Notes: generated from the letters alone by a model not told the origin. A DNA stretch of 64,000 nt from Octopus sinensis (GCF_006345805.1 NC_042998.1:49414001-49478000), one strand, 5' to 3'; numbered from the stretch's first letter, positions 11,100 through 23,660 are shown. Program-made: numbers and translations.

Positions 11100-14000
11100 T
11101 TACTCACACCCACCTTTTATCACATCCTTCCATCGATTCACATACTTTTTCTTGTGTCAGGTTCCTCTTCTCTAAATCCATCTTGCTCTTTAGATGGTAT
11201 CTGAAGTATTTTAACATACCATAATCCAGAGACAAGGTTCCTGACACCAAACCTTCCAATCTAGTTCTCCACACACCACTCTTTCAGTACTGCCACCGTA
11301 CAGTGAAAACAAGCCTCACCTTCCTTTGAGAGTCCAGCTGGCGGTATCATCTTTATTATAGAACCAGCCGATAGCTGTACTCGTCCCAGATGCGACAACA
11401 CGTGTTCTACGTAACTTATTAAGCCTGACAGTTCCTGACAATGTACAAAAGCGTGCTGGACGGTTTCATCGTCCAACCCACATCTTGGACATGTCGGTGG
11501 CACTGACATTCCATGCCTATATAACTTATCGCGAACAGGTAGAGCATTCCTATAGCACTGCCAAGTCAGGGATTTTTGGTAATTGTCCAAATACCCCGGC
11601 TTGAAAGTCTTCTTAAACAGGTCGGATAGTTGATCCTCATCGAACCCCAGAGCCCCTCTTAGGACGTCGTCATTTTTTTGCCTCTACCATCCTTCTATAA
11701 AATGTCGAGGTGGTATTCCGCAGCCGGCTTTGCCTATCTTGTGGATCAGAGTGCCTGTCGGCACTCTTTCTGCCATAAAGTCAGGTTCCGTCTTTAATGA
11801 AACCGGGTTTAAATCTCTCCATAGAGTCCGGTTGCGGGAAGAAATTATCTGCCAGCGGACTCCACACCTTATCACCTTCCAGGTGAAACCAGAGATGTCT
11901 CAGTCTCAGCGCATGCCTGCGCATCATTAACCAAGCATCCCCAGCCCACCCTTTAGTGGTTCCTGGCAACACACGGAGCGCCTTACAAGTGGCTTTCCTC
12001 CTCTTCCACAAAAAGCGGAAAAGGAGTCGATCCAACTTGCTTAGCCACAAATCGGGGCAAGGCACGACAGTCAGGCGATAGGTGATTACAGATGCTATAA
12101 ACACCTGTACCACCTCCGCCCTCCCTTTCAAGGAAAGATGCCTTCCGGACCACTCCCACTATGGCTTCTACCTTGGTCACTACCTCGCTCCAATTTTTCT
12201 CCGTCTGGGAGTCTGAACCAAACCAAACTCCAAGCAATTTAACAGGACCATCTGTCCAGTGTCCAACAACACTGGACGATATCGGCTTGTTCCTCCAGGT
12301 GCCGAGGCGCAAACCAGTGGACTTGTCCTTGTTAACTTTTGCCCCAGCCACCGCTTCGTATCTTCGGAGAGCACCTTCTACACGAGTTAGTTGTGCTTCG
12401 TTGGACACGATGAAGGTGACGTCATCCGCATACGCAGAAACAGACTTACCGCATCCGATTTCATTAGGATTGCATCTCACCGTCTCCACCGTCCAACTTC
12501 CGCAGCAATGGCTCAAGAGCCAAAACGTACAGGAGAGGGGACAAGGGACATCCTTGACGAACTGAACGCTTAATCGAAAACGGTTCCGTTAAGTAACCGT
12601 TTATTCTGGACTGTGGACTTGATACCGCTGTACATAGCTGATATCCACCCGCGAAAGTCAGGACCTAGCCCAGCCGCTTCGAGAACCGTCGCCAGGTACT
12701 GATGATCTACCCTATCAAATGCTTTACTTTGGTCTAAATGGACCAATGCCCCTCCTTTGCCGGCTAATTGCCCAACCCTGTCTATAGTGTAGCGTAGAAG
12801 GTGAAGATTATCTTCGATCGACCTGCCTGGGATTGCACATGTCTGTGCCTTTCCGACAAGTTTTTCCATGACAACCTTCAACCTTTCTGCTAACACCTTG
12901 GCCAAAATCTTTAACTCTACATTAAGTAGAGTTTGGGCCTATAATTACTAATATTATCCCCCTTGCTCGGGTCTTTCTGGATCAGCGTCACAACTCCCCG
13001 GCTCACAGAACTGGGAATCCTCCCATTCTGTTGCCAGTTTGCGTAGACGCTTGCCAGTATGTCCCCGAACAAGTCCGGCATACAACAATAAAACTCATAG
13101 GGCAGACCATCCAGTCCCGGCGACTTTTCCCGGCGCATTCAGCCAAAACCCCCTCTTACCTCCGCGGGAGTAATCGGTCCTTCACAGCGTTCCGCTCTGC
13201 TTGGCGTGAGCCGAGGCCCACCAGCTAGGAAGTTCTGTAAGTCCTCCCCTCGCTCGAGTGGATCGCCCTCCCCAAACAACCGAGCGAAATGCTGTTGAAA
13301 GACCTTCTGTATCTCCTCCTGTCCATAGATTTTGCGTCCCTGTTCGTCAGTTAAGACTTAATAGAGGACTTTTTGCCCTTCTGACTCTCCACACGACGTG
13401 CCCATCCGGCAACATTAATACCTTCTCGTTTCACTGCACGTAGCTTAGCTCTGACTCTACATCCTTCATGCTTGGCATTGAGGTGACGGTACAAGATCGT
13501 TCTCTCTGCTAACACTCTAGATGCACAGCCAGATCCCATTGCCTCGTCTAAGTTCTTAACTAAATCGCCCTCTATTCTAGTCCTATCTAAACTTAGCTGG
13601 TTGCTAAATCTAATGGACTCCAAACGGATGGCTCTTTTGAGGGCGATCCACCATCTATTATTAATGATGGTTCCACATAATGCCCTCTGGACTAATTCCA
13701 TAATCCGGTTACGGAAAGCTTCACAAGCCAAAATAGACTTGTTCATTTTCCAGTATCCGGGTCCCTGTCTATGGCATTTATCTACATGTACCTCACACGT
13801 CACACTTTGGTGATCCGTGTAAGGCACAATACAAAATTGTGGACAGCTAATGCTATTCCTATCTCGTTCTTTAACAAATACCCTATCTATATACGATCTG
13901 CGTGAGCCGTCATTGTTACTCCACGTCCACTGTGGAATGCTCGGCTCATCCATTCGAAACCGATCTACTAGATTAAAGCTCGTCAGTAGACCCTTAAGGC

Positions 14001-14476
14001 AAGGATTCCCCCTTCTATCAGACGAGCCCACACTATCTATCCGCGCATCGATGATAGTGTTGAAATCCCCTACCAATACTACCGTTTTAGACGTCACTAG
14101 AAAGTGCTCCAAGTTCCGATAAAAACCAGTCTGCCTACCCTCATTAGGAGCATAAACAGCTACCAACCTGAAGGACTGCTTACTTACGTGAGTTACATCG
14201 AGGACAACCAGCCTACCTTCTGGGTCCATAAGACAGTACTTACCTGTAAGTCCAAGTTCTTCCTGATAAGGACTGCCACGCTGCACTTCCTCCTCGGCTA
14301 GGAGAAATAAATTTCTCGTAACCATTGAGAAGATGCGAGAACGCTTGGGTTCCTCTCATCTTGGACTCGGTGACAATGGCTACATCTATTCTGTGTGTCC
14401 TGAGGTCGTCCAGCAAGCAAGCCTGTTTCCATTTCGACCCCATTCCACGCACATTTATACAGCCCAACTTAATCAT
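11100..14476 (-). pseudogene. Tx1 ORF2 (APE endonuclease, reverse transcriptase, zf-RVT), frameshifted
   Basis: Segments 14240-14476, 13351-14325, 12917-13138 (KSPGLDGLP), 12570-12905 (LDQSKAFDRVDH), 11983-12516 (SAYADDVT), 11781-12131 and 11261-11590 (CPRC..ETVQHAFVHC). Confidence 0.92.
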
Positions 14477-14500
14477 CGATGAATGAAGAAAGTTTGTTAC

Positions 14501-15987
14501 TTACGGTTGTGAGAGGGAGCATGGCAGCTTTTGTCTGCCTGCCTCCCCCACACTCTCCGTTGTTGCTGGGCATTTAACCGGCGTTGCCACCGGGCTCTGG
14601 GATGGAGTGGCTGCCGGGCTAATATTCAATTTTCCAGCTATCACCTCTTGTGTGACATCTTTAATCAGGTTGTCCCTCACGTGTAGTTGGAAGAGTCTCT
14701 CCTTCCATTCCTCCTCTCCGACCTTCGCATACCTCCAATCCGGGTTTTTTTCCGATGATCTGAAACATTTTATGTTTGGTTTCGCCTTTATGTACCAAAC
14801 TACTCTCTCGTTTTTTGTGTTATAAGCAATGCACCTATCGGTTTTTTTGAATCCTTTTAAAGTTGGGGGCTGGAGTTTAATGAAATGCTGGCCTACAAAA
14901 GTAGTGCCAGCGGGGTGGGATTGGATAATTTTTTTGTGTTGTTCTTCTGCGTTTGTTTTTCTTTTTGTTTGGGGTGGGGAGTCCGGGGTATTGGATTTCT
15001 TCCTTTTGTTGGTTACAGTCGTATATTCCATTACTTCCAGTTCTTTTTCATTTGATAAAATATTTTCCACCTCGTTTTCGTTTTCGCTTTGTTTTCCATT
15101 CATTTTCTTTTCCTCCTTTTGACTTTCATTTTGCTTTTTCCGGGTATTCTCTTTTGTTGTTGCTGTGATGTCTGCTTTGTTCTCCACAGCGGTTTGAATG
15201 GGGGCATTAACGGGTTTTTTCTTTTTGCACTCTGAGCGGACGTGACCCTTCTGCCCACATTTGAAACATCTGGGCCTACGTCCCTCCACCGATACCCGCG
15301 CAGTGTGTCCATCCCCCACGAAGACCCTGTCTGGCAAACTCTCCAGCGTTGCATTGTCAGCTTGAACGATCATTTCAAGCTGCTGACCTTTCCAAATTTT
15401 TGCCTCTTTCATCCTCATGTTTAAAATGTTTAATTTCTCTTCTACGTCGAATACGACCGCTGTTGCTGCCCACATTACATCGTAACCTGTTGGTATATCC
15501 TCTATTGTTATCTTAGCTGTTCTGCGCCCTAAGTACGTGGGCAGCAACAGGATGTCTGCACTCTTCAACGTTTGAGTTGAAATTTCCTTCGCTATGCTAG
15601 CCGACTCGAAATGCGCTTCAATAGTAGCGCTTCTCACTCCTCGGCCAACATAGCGAACCTTGTTCCAAATTGGTGCCATGCACCGTTCTAACTACCAATT
15701 CATTTCTTACATCTGCAATCTTTTTTCTTAATATTATATCCCTTATAAATTACCGTCTTCTCACGGATTGCTTGTAAGGTGTCAGGGGGCGGTATTATTC
15801 TCGTTTCTTCTCCATTCCTTTTATGAACTTTCTGAACTTGAAGAGATCCTCCATTGTTACTTACTTCCAGTTCTATAACATTGCCTCCAACGGCTTCCGA
15901 AAAACTTTGTTTCTCCTTTGTATCCTTTTGCTTTATAACTTCTCCCATCTCGGGAAAATCAGAATTTGACGTTAAGTCAAGATCCAT
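14501..15987 (-). pseudogene. Tx1 ORF1 (CCHC knuckle) with small indels at ~15690-15725
   Basis: ORF 15700-16020 (MDLDLTSNSDFP.. matches copy 1 MEFDLTSKEDFP) and ORF 14501-15679 (RPRCFKCGQKGHVRSEC). Confidence 0.88.
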
Positions 15988-16284
15988 AATAAAATGCAAG
16001 TGACTTGTCACAAGAGACAAGATAAAATTAAATCCACACTGAATTAAAGTTCATATATAAAAAGAAATTTTCTACCCCGAAGGGCGAAAATTACTTTGTT
16101 TCACAAGTTAATACTCCAAAAATTGTACGTGTAAATCCAGAACAGAACGAACTAACATAACAGCTTACAGCGTAAAATAATCCGACGTAATCCAAGGAAA
16201 AATCAGTAGGTGTCGCTTCCGACAATCTCTGTTCGATGGTTTTATTTACCTAGTTTCGGTGGAATACATCCACTTGTTTTCAAT

Positions 16285-16708
16285 ATAGAAATATTAAAAT
16301 AACTAAGTCTCTCTAAAAAAGAACAGCGGCAGCGTTCCCGGAAAATAATAGTTATCGCCATACTAATATGGCATTCTTATAAAAATAAGAAAAAAGCTGT
16401 CCGCTTATTAGCTCCATGAGGCCATCGCCTTAAGTTAGCTATTTGATACACAAATTGTATCCATATAACCTTCGAACAAGGGAGGTCAAGTAGTGTGGAG
16501 CGACTGACCTCCCTTGTTCGAAGGTTATATGGATACAGTTTGTGTATCAAATAGCTAACTTAAGGCGATGGCCTCATGGAGCTAATAAGCGGACAGCTTT
16601 TTTCTTATTTTTATAAGAATGCCATATTAGTATGGCGATAACTATTATTTTCCGGGAACGCTGCCGCTGTTCTCTTTTAGAGAGACTTAGTTATTTTAAT
16701 ATTTCTAT
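16285..16708. repeat. Palindrome with 204-bp arms and 16-bp spacer
   Basis: 16285-16488 vs 16505-16708 are reverse complements, with two mismatches seen. Spacer: agtagtgtggagcgac. Confidence 0.95.
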
Positions 16709-16730
16709 TATATATATATATAATATATAT

Positions 16731-16762
<32 letters not shown>

Positions 16763-16822
16763 CTCCCACACGCGTGTACACACGCACACACGCACACGCA
16801 TATATATATATATATTATATAT

Positions 16823-16866
<44 letters not shown>

Positions 16867-17629
16867 ATACACTCGCACACACGCGCACGCACGCACGCCC
16901 ACACACGAAAAATCCACATGCTTGGCTACACCTACGCATCCACACACGCTCCACATCACCACTCTCCTCCTTACGCACACAGACACACACAGAGTTACAC
17001 CCACCCATTTACACACTTGTCACCTCTTTCGACTGTTGCAAACGACTTGCTCCTGACGTGTGAAACAAACGCACAAAAACGCACACATAAAATTATAATG
17101 TATATCTACATAAATACAAACATATATACAAACACACACACACATATAGATACGCATACAAATATACAAAAAATATTTACGCAAATACATGCCCACATAT
17201 ATAAAAGTACATACGCATATACATATACACACACACATATATATATGTGTGTATATAAATATTTACATATATATATATATATATGTAAATTAAATTAGAG
17301 ATAAAACCAGTATTAGGCAAATCAAACAATGAAAAACATAAACCAATACATAAAAATAAAAATAATTAATATAATTTACAAAATATATAAAATATAAAAT
17401 TTAAAATTTAAATTATTTAAATTTAAAATTATTAATTTACTTTTATATTAATATTTAATTTTTTTAATCTAATTTTTTATTTTTTCATAATTATATATAA
17501 CTATCAAAAAGTATTAAAAAGTTTATTATAAGATAAGTAAAAACACTACGTATATATATACATACACACACATATATATACGCACACACACATACATACA
17601 TATTCATGATATACACATATCAACAATAC

Positions 17630-18585
17630 ATACATATCAATATTTAGAGACATATCTTCTCATCAGGAGAAATATAATACATCATAATGTATGTGCGCAA
17701 ACAATTAAAAAAATTTTATCTGGTATATATAATATTAAAATATTAAAATAAGGAAATTGCACAATAAATTAATATAACATAACTAAATGCGTGAGTAAAC
17801 AATAAAAATAAACCTTGATAAAGCTTAAGCTTAAATTTGTAAAACAGTCAAAGGCTTTCTTAAAAGTGAAGTGGGAAATATGCACTAGCATTGTAATATA
17901 AAATAACTATAAGGTGTAAAGTCAAATTCAAATGCGACAGTCAACATTTTCCAAAAGTCAAAACAGTTTACCCATACGGTATTTTATCGGTTGACATTTT
18001 AAACCTCACGGCGTGCCTGCAGGAATTTAAGAGCTCGCGTCTCTGGTTCAAAGCATGTTTATCCTGGAACAGGATGAAGAACTTTTCTGAGGGGCAAATA
18101 TTACATTTCATTAGTCTTTTATAAACTCCATGTCTATATGATGATGCTTTTTCTAGAATTCCCCCGGTTACATTGAAAGGACGGATGTCATTCTGTTTCA
18201 ATTCCCAGACATGCTTTGCAAGACTAGCTGCTGTCCTATTCTCGGGGTATCGGAAAGAAATTCGTTGGGAATAGAATCGAGTCTTGAATGAATTTTCCGA
18301 AGCCCCTGTGTGTGTTTTATATTCTTGTGAACCATTTACTTGTACATTGGTTCTATAAACAATTCCTTTGTCAAGACATTTACCTTCCAACGGACAGCAA
18401 GTCTTATCTTTGAAGCTGCAGTTCCTCAGATTAGCTTCGGTGCTGTAGTTGTTTGTAATAATTTTCGTGTTATGCTTATTAATAAAAGAGGCGAAGATTT
18501 TGTAGCAAGAATAGCTAACTTTCAGTATTCTCCTATTAAATATTCTATAGAACTTATGGCTACATTCAAAATATACTTTAGAATG
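17630..18585 (-). mobile_element. Penelope-like element 3' part (GIY-YIG endonuclease + 3' region)
   Basis: ORF 17968-18390 GKCL..GIVY...TGASENSFKTRF...CNICPSEK...LNQRRELLNSCRH. Inverted homologue at 50943-51860. Confidence 0.88.
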
Positions 18586-19468
18586 ATCAGTTATAATCTA
18601 AGAAGTAACAGTACATAAAGACATCATTGCTTTCCTGATGGGCATCTTGTAAGCATTATGATGGTGAGCAAGCGCTTTACCGTTAATGACAGAGGGGAAA
18701 GTGGAATTTCTTCAACATTATAGACAGGATGTTTATTTCTTTTATCTGCTTGAACTTCCAATGATATTAGTTTATTGATACAACAAAAACTTTAAACAGA
18801 AATTCATAACAAGAAACCAGAAGTGCATACGTTCACTTCTTGCTAAAGCCAATAACATTGACCAGGAACAAAAATTTTATTTCCATATAAAATCCCCATG
18901 GCCATCACTCCCAAGTGAGTACAACGTGGTAGCATGTACCGCGCTTTCGTTGTGTATTTTAGGAGCCTACATGGTCGCGAGCAGACACAGATACACTCGG
19001 TTTCCCCAACTTAAACGCTACAGAACACCAAAGATATGACAGCTGAAAGGAGAAAGAAGACTGAAACAACGAGAAATGAAGTACCTTATTCAAGGATACA
19101 TCTTGTAGCTCGAACCAAGAAACGAACCCATGACCATGTTATTATTAACCAAACACCCTGACCACCAATCCACCAGCAATCTCATAAAAACAAAACGCAG
19201 TCATACACGGGACAAATCAACTGTCATATTAAGACCCGGTCATAACACAAACCAAACAGATTGTAAGAATTCGAGAAGCCTGCGTAATCTATCACGTATA
19301 AAAACAAACTAACATCTTATAGTACAATTCATATAAGGACTTAAAAAATACATTCACCCTCATTTAACGTCCACATTTTCGTGCTTGTGCAGGTTAGAAG
19401 GAATTTCGTGAGGCAGATTTTCTATAGACGGAGCCCTTCCTGTCGCCAACACACGCATATTTACATAT

Positions 19469-19502
<34 letters not shown>

Positions 19503-19746
19503 CTAATATAAGGATACAATTTTTCAAGAAAAAAAAAATCAGTGGCCAGCGTATTAAAATACTTTTCAAGGTGATAATTATAAACGATTATAATAAGGGC
19601 AAAAGAAAATTTTCTATGCCAAAATGCTGAAAAAGTAGACATTAGATCGTCTAACCACATACAATATTTTTCACTATAAATACACAGCGTCTGGTTAGAC
19701 GGCCTAATATATATATATAATATATATATATATATATACACACATA

Positions 19747-19824
<78 letters not shown>

Positions 19825-20161
19825 TATGTATGTATGTATGTATGTATGTATGTGTCATGTAGCAGATGACACATGGGAAACGGATAAAGCAGACATCAGT
19901 CTCACTCCTATGACTGAAATAAAAGAATAAAAGAATATTTGTGAACGTGCACGCACGCATATATACATAGACGATTAAATTTCCGTACATTTTTACTCTG
20001 TATTCAGCTAACGAAACACTCCGACAGCGTTTCCTCGAAATATAAGCAATGTTTCCACGAAATTTAGACATAGTATAAGTAATATAGCAGCTGATTGCCT
20101 TTGATGTATAGCATATCAAAGGTATGGACTGACTGGAATATAGAGCGACACAGTTAATAAT

Positions 20162-20958
20162 ATTTATTTCTTTATTGACCACAGGGGGCTAAACATAGAG
20201 CGGACAAACAAGGACAGACAAAGGGATTAAATAGATTATGTCGACCCAGTGTGTAACTGGTACTTACTTAATCGACCCCGAAAAGATGAAAGACAAAGTC
20301 GACTTCGTCAGGATTTGAACTCAGATCGTAACGGTAGACGAAATACCTATTTCTTTACTACCCACAAGGGGCTAAACACAGAGGAGACAAACAAGGACAG
20401 ACAGACGGATTAAGTCGATTATATCGACCCAGTGTGTAACTGGTACTTAATCGACCCCGAAAAGATGAAAAGCAGAGTCGACCTTGGCGGGATTTGAACT
20501 CAGAACGTAACGGCAGACAAAATACCTATTTCTTTACTACCCACAAGGGGCTAAACACAGAGAGGACAAACAAGGGCAGATAAACGGATTAAGTCGATTA
20601 TATCGATCCCAGTGCGTAACTGGTACTTAATTTATCGACCCCGAAAGGATGAAAGGCAAAGTCAACCTCGGCGGAATTTGAACTCAGAACGTAACAGCAG
20701 GTGAAATACCTATTTCTTTAATACCCACAAGGGGCTAAACACAGAGAGGACAAACAAGAGTAGACAAACGGATTAAGTCGATTATATCGACCCCAGTGCG
20801 TAACTGGTACTTTATTTATCGACCCCGAAAGGATGAAAGGCAAAGTCGACCTCGACGGAATTTGAACTCAGAACGTAATTTAGAACGTAGCCGTATTTCG
20901 TAAATACGGCTACGCATTTCGCCCGGCGTGCTAACGATTCTGCCAGCTCGCCGCCCTA
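20162..20958 (-). mobile_element. tRNA-derived SINE (family with gtcgactttgcctttcatcctttcggggtcgat core) as a four-unit tandem concatemer
   Basis: One head at ~20880-20958 followed by four ~180-bp body units starting ~20162, 20342, 20520 and 20704. Confidence 0.85.
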
Positions 20959-21472
20959 CACAGTTAATAATGTTAGTAGCTGGCAGCTAATAATATTAGC
21001 AGTTGGCATTCATTTCATCGTCCACGGGCATCATTTTCACTTGCAACTTCTTAGAAAATAATATCCATTTTTACTTCCTTTACACCACCACTGGAGCCGA
21101 TGAGGAACTTCCCACGTGATTGCTCAACCTATAAAAAAAAAGTAGGAAAATTTACCTCGTACTATTGTTTAAACATGAAATTGTAATCTTGGATACATTG
21201 GAAATTTTAATCTTAGATAAACCATGCCTGAAAAAAAGATAAGAACTTGGGGATACCATTGAAAGAATATCGTTGGTCTGAGACCGAAGAAAACAGCAAT
21301 AACAATGCACTATCTTTTGTGACCTGTTTATCAGTCTTAAACACAGTACCATTATCATACCCGACAACAGGTTTTGTTGGAATATATATTTATTTTCCCG
21401 AGCTTTTCTGATGAAAACACTATTATCAAATAACATATAAACCCTTTCCTTCTCATAATATAGTGCTTCTAA

Positions 21473-21875
21473 GGCGGTGAACTGGCAGAATCGTTAGCAC
21501 GCCGGGTAAATTGTTTAGCGGTATTTCATCTGTCTTTACGTTCTGAATTCAAATTCCGCCGAGGTCGACTTTGCCTTTCATCCTTTCGGGGTCGATTAAA
21601 TAAATACCAGTTACGCACTGGGGTCGATATAATCGACTAAATCTGTTTGTTTGTCCTTGTTTGTTCTCTCTGTGTTTAGCCCCTTGTGGGTAGTAAAGAA
21701 ATAGGTATTTCGTCTGCCGTTACGTTCTGAGTTCAAATTCCGCCGAGGTCGACTTTGCCTTTCATCCTTTCGGAGTCGATAAATTAAGTACCAGTTGTGT
21801 ACTGGGGTCGATCTAATCGACTGGCCTCCTCTCCCAAAATTTCGGGCCTTGTGCCTCGAGTAGAAAAGAATATTC
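21473..21875 (+). mobile_element. Same SINE family, head + two body units
   Basis: ggcggtgaactggcagaatcgttagcacgccggg head with a duplicated body. Confidence 0.85.
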
Positions 21876-22034
21876 ATAGTGCTTCTGGTCTTCTTTTTAT
21901 TTCGTTATAGCAATATAGTCCATGATGTTCTTTTGCTGTTTAATATTAAGTTGGGACACCAAAATATTCATCAAGCATCATGAAAAGCATCATCCACATC
22001 AAATTTAACATCTGAAAGAGAAATGTCTTAAAGG

Positions 22035-22205
22035 GTGAAGAGAGGCGTGGCTGTCCGGTTAAGAAGCTTGCTTCCTAACAATGCGGTCCCAGATTCAGTA
22101 AACTGTACGGCACCTTGGGCAGGTATGTTCTACTATTCTACTATTGCTCCAGACCAACCAATGTCCTGTGAATGGATTTGGCAGACAGAAACTGAAAGAA
22201 GCCTT
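22035..22205 (+). mobile_element. Degenerate tRNA-SINE head (OK/OR-like family)
   Basis: gtggctgtccggttaag...gcaccttgggc...gtgaatggatttggcagacagaaactgaaagaagcc. Confidence 0.65.
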
Positions 22206-22218
22206 ATATATATATATA

Positions 22219-23105
22219 TACTACATATGTGGGAAATGTAGGTGTGTTTGTGGAGTTGTTAGCTTACTCCTCCTACATCGTTTTATCGATTTTGATGAAA
22301 CTTGAACGTGGGTAGAACTCACGTATGGAAACCTCATGGCCTACCCACATCGTTGAAAAAAATCGATACTAGGGCTCCTGGAATGGATCCTTATATATAT
22401 CTTATATATTTCATTTTAACAGTCTAGGGAAATAACCCATTCGCCCAGATTTTAACAGTCAACGGAAATAACCCATTTATTTTCCTAAATTATTTGGTAT
22501 AAATCAAACTATGTTTATGTCTTAGTATTTGAACTGTTAGAGTTATTTTCGCAATTTATCCAGCACAACTCTTAAATAAGTAAATAATACTTTCCTAAAC
22601 AATAGATCCACTTATTTCGGTTAGTAACTTATTCACAAATATACCAACACTGGCGACCCTGAGGGTAATATTCTCTGGGAATGCATAAAAGCCCTTTTCA
22701 GAGTTATTTATCTTTGAATTGTTAATATCTCATATCTGATTAGCCTGTTATTACGTAACATGCTTCGCGATTTTAACATACATACCTTATTAGTATTTCT
22801 TAAGTTCTATATACTCTAGGAACGCATTAACGCCCTTATCGCGGTTACTTTATTTGAATTCTTACTATTGGGTAACTAATTTCCAGTTATTACATAACTG
22901 ACTTCACAATTTGGGTATTCATAACTTATTGGGAATTCCTAAAAACAAGATCCTGGGTAGGACAGTTCAATTTTCTGTGTAAATGCACAAAAACCATTTT
23001 AAGGGCTACACACTTTGTATTGTTATTGGATTAGCGAACACTTATGAGAACGGAACCAAGGGATAAGCGCCCCGCTCTCCTTGGAATTATTGGGTACGTC
23101 AGCTA

Positions 23106-23106
<1 letters not shown>
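22219..23106 (+). mobile_element. Putative non-autonomous Helitron-like element
   Basis: Sits in a TA tract. Ends with CTAG followed by T, with an upstream CCAAGG...CCTTGG hairpin. The 5' region has atcgattttgatgaaacttg, similar to the 55285 element. Confidence 0.5.
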
Positions 23107-23149
<43 letters not shown>

Positions 23150-23159
<10 letters not shown>

Positions 23160-23350
23160 TAATCCAAACAAGAAAACACAAAAAGCACAACAACGCGAGG
23201 ACGTGGAACAAATATAGTATTAAGGAAAGAAGGAGGGTTTAACGTTTCGAGCGGAGCTCTTCGTCGGAAACATAGGAGAAGGAAAGATCCAGAGAAGAGA
23301 AGACAGAGGAAAAAAAAATCGCCAACAGTACACACGGGGTCACATTTTGA
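23150..23350 (-). repeat. PLE pLTR-like repeat carrying a minimal hammerhead (second copy, deleted in the ribozyme, at 36795-36962)
   Basis: Reverse-complement similarity to 36795-36962. Confidence 0.75.
23237..23271 (-). ncRNA. Minimal hammerhead-like motif, CCGACGA core
   Basis: GUUU-CCGACGA-A-GAGC(UCC)GCUC-GAAA-CG-UU-AAAC. Confidence 0.55.
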
Positions 23351-23463
23351 ATATATATATATATATATAATTATTGAAGTAGATAAATGAATTATCTTAT
23401 TACGGATTATTCAAATGATAACCGATACCTGGGTAACAAAAATCACAACAGAAAAAACACTAA

Positions 23464-23498
<35 letters not shown>

Positions 23499-23655
23499 GA
23501 GGCGCAGGAGTGGCTATTTGGTAAGAAGCTGGCTTCCCTATTACATGGTTCCTGGTTCAATCTCACTGCGTGGCACCTTGGGCAAGTGTCTTCAGCTATA
23601 GCCTCGGGCCGACCAAGACTTTTTGAGTGGATTTGGTAGACGGAAACTGAAAGAA

Positions 23656-23660
<5 letters not shown>
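23499..23660 (+). mobile_element. tRNA-SINE head (OK/OR-like family)
   Basis: ggcgcaggagtggct...gcaccttgggcaagtgtctt...ggatttggtagacggaaactgaaagaag. Confidence 0.85.

Larger units (their letters stand above)
10840..16203 (-). mobile_element. Full-length Tx1/L1-clade LINE, copy 2 (5364 bp) with 17-bp TSD
   Basis: ORF1 + ORF2 (EN, RT, zf-RVT). Flanked by cagtaggtgtcccttcc (10823-10839) and cagtaggtgtcgcttcc (16204-16220). AATAAA lies 6 nt from the 3' end. Confidence 0.92.

Noticed and set aside
17290-17540. Extremely AT-rich tract resembling a mitochondrial control region/rRNA (NUMT)
   Set aside because: No mitochondrial gene or tRNA is recognisable. Low complexity explains it.
20162-20958. 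Regularly spaced repeats resembling a CRISPR array
   Set aside because: The units are ~180-bp SINE bodies with no unique spacers, the context is eukaryotic, and there are no cas genes.
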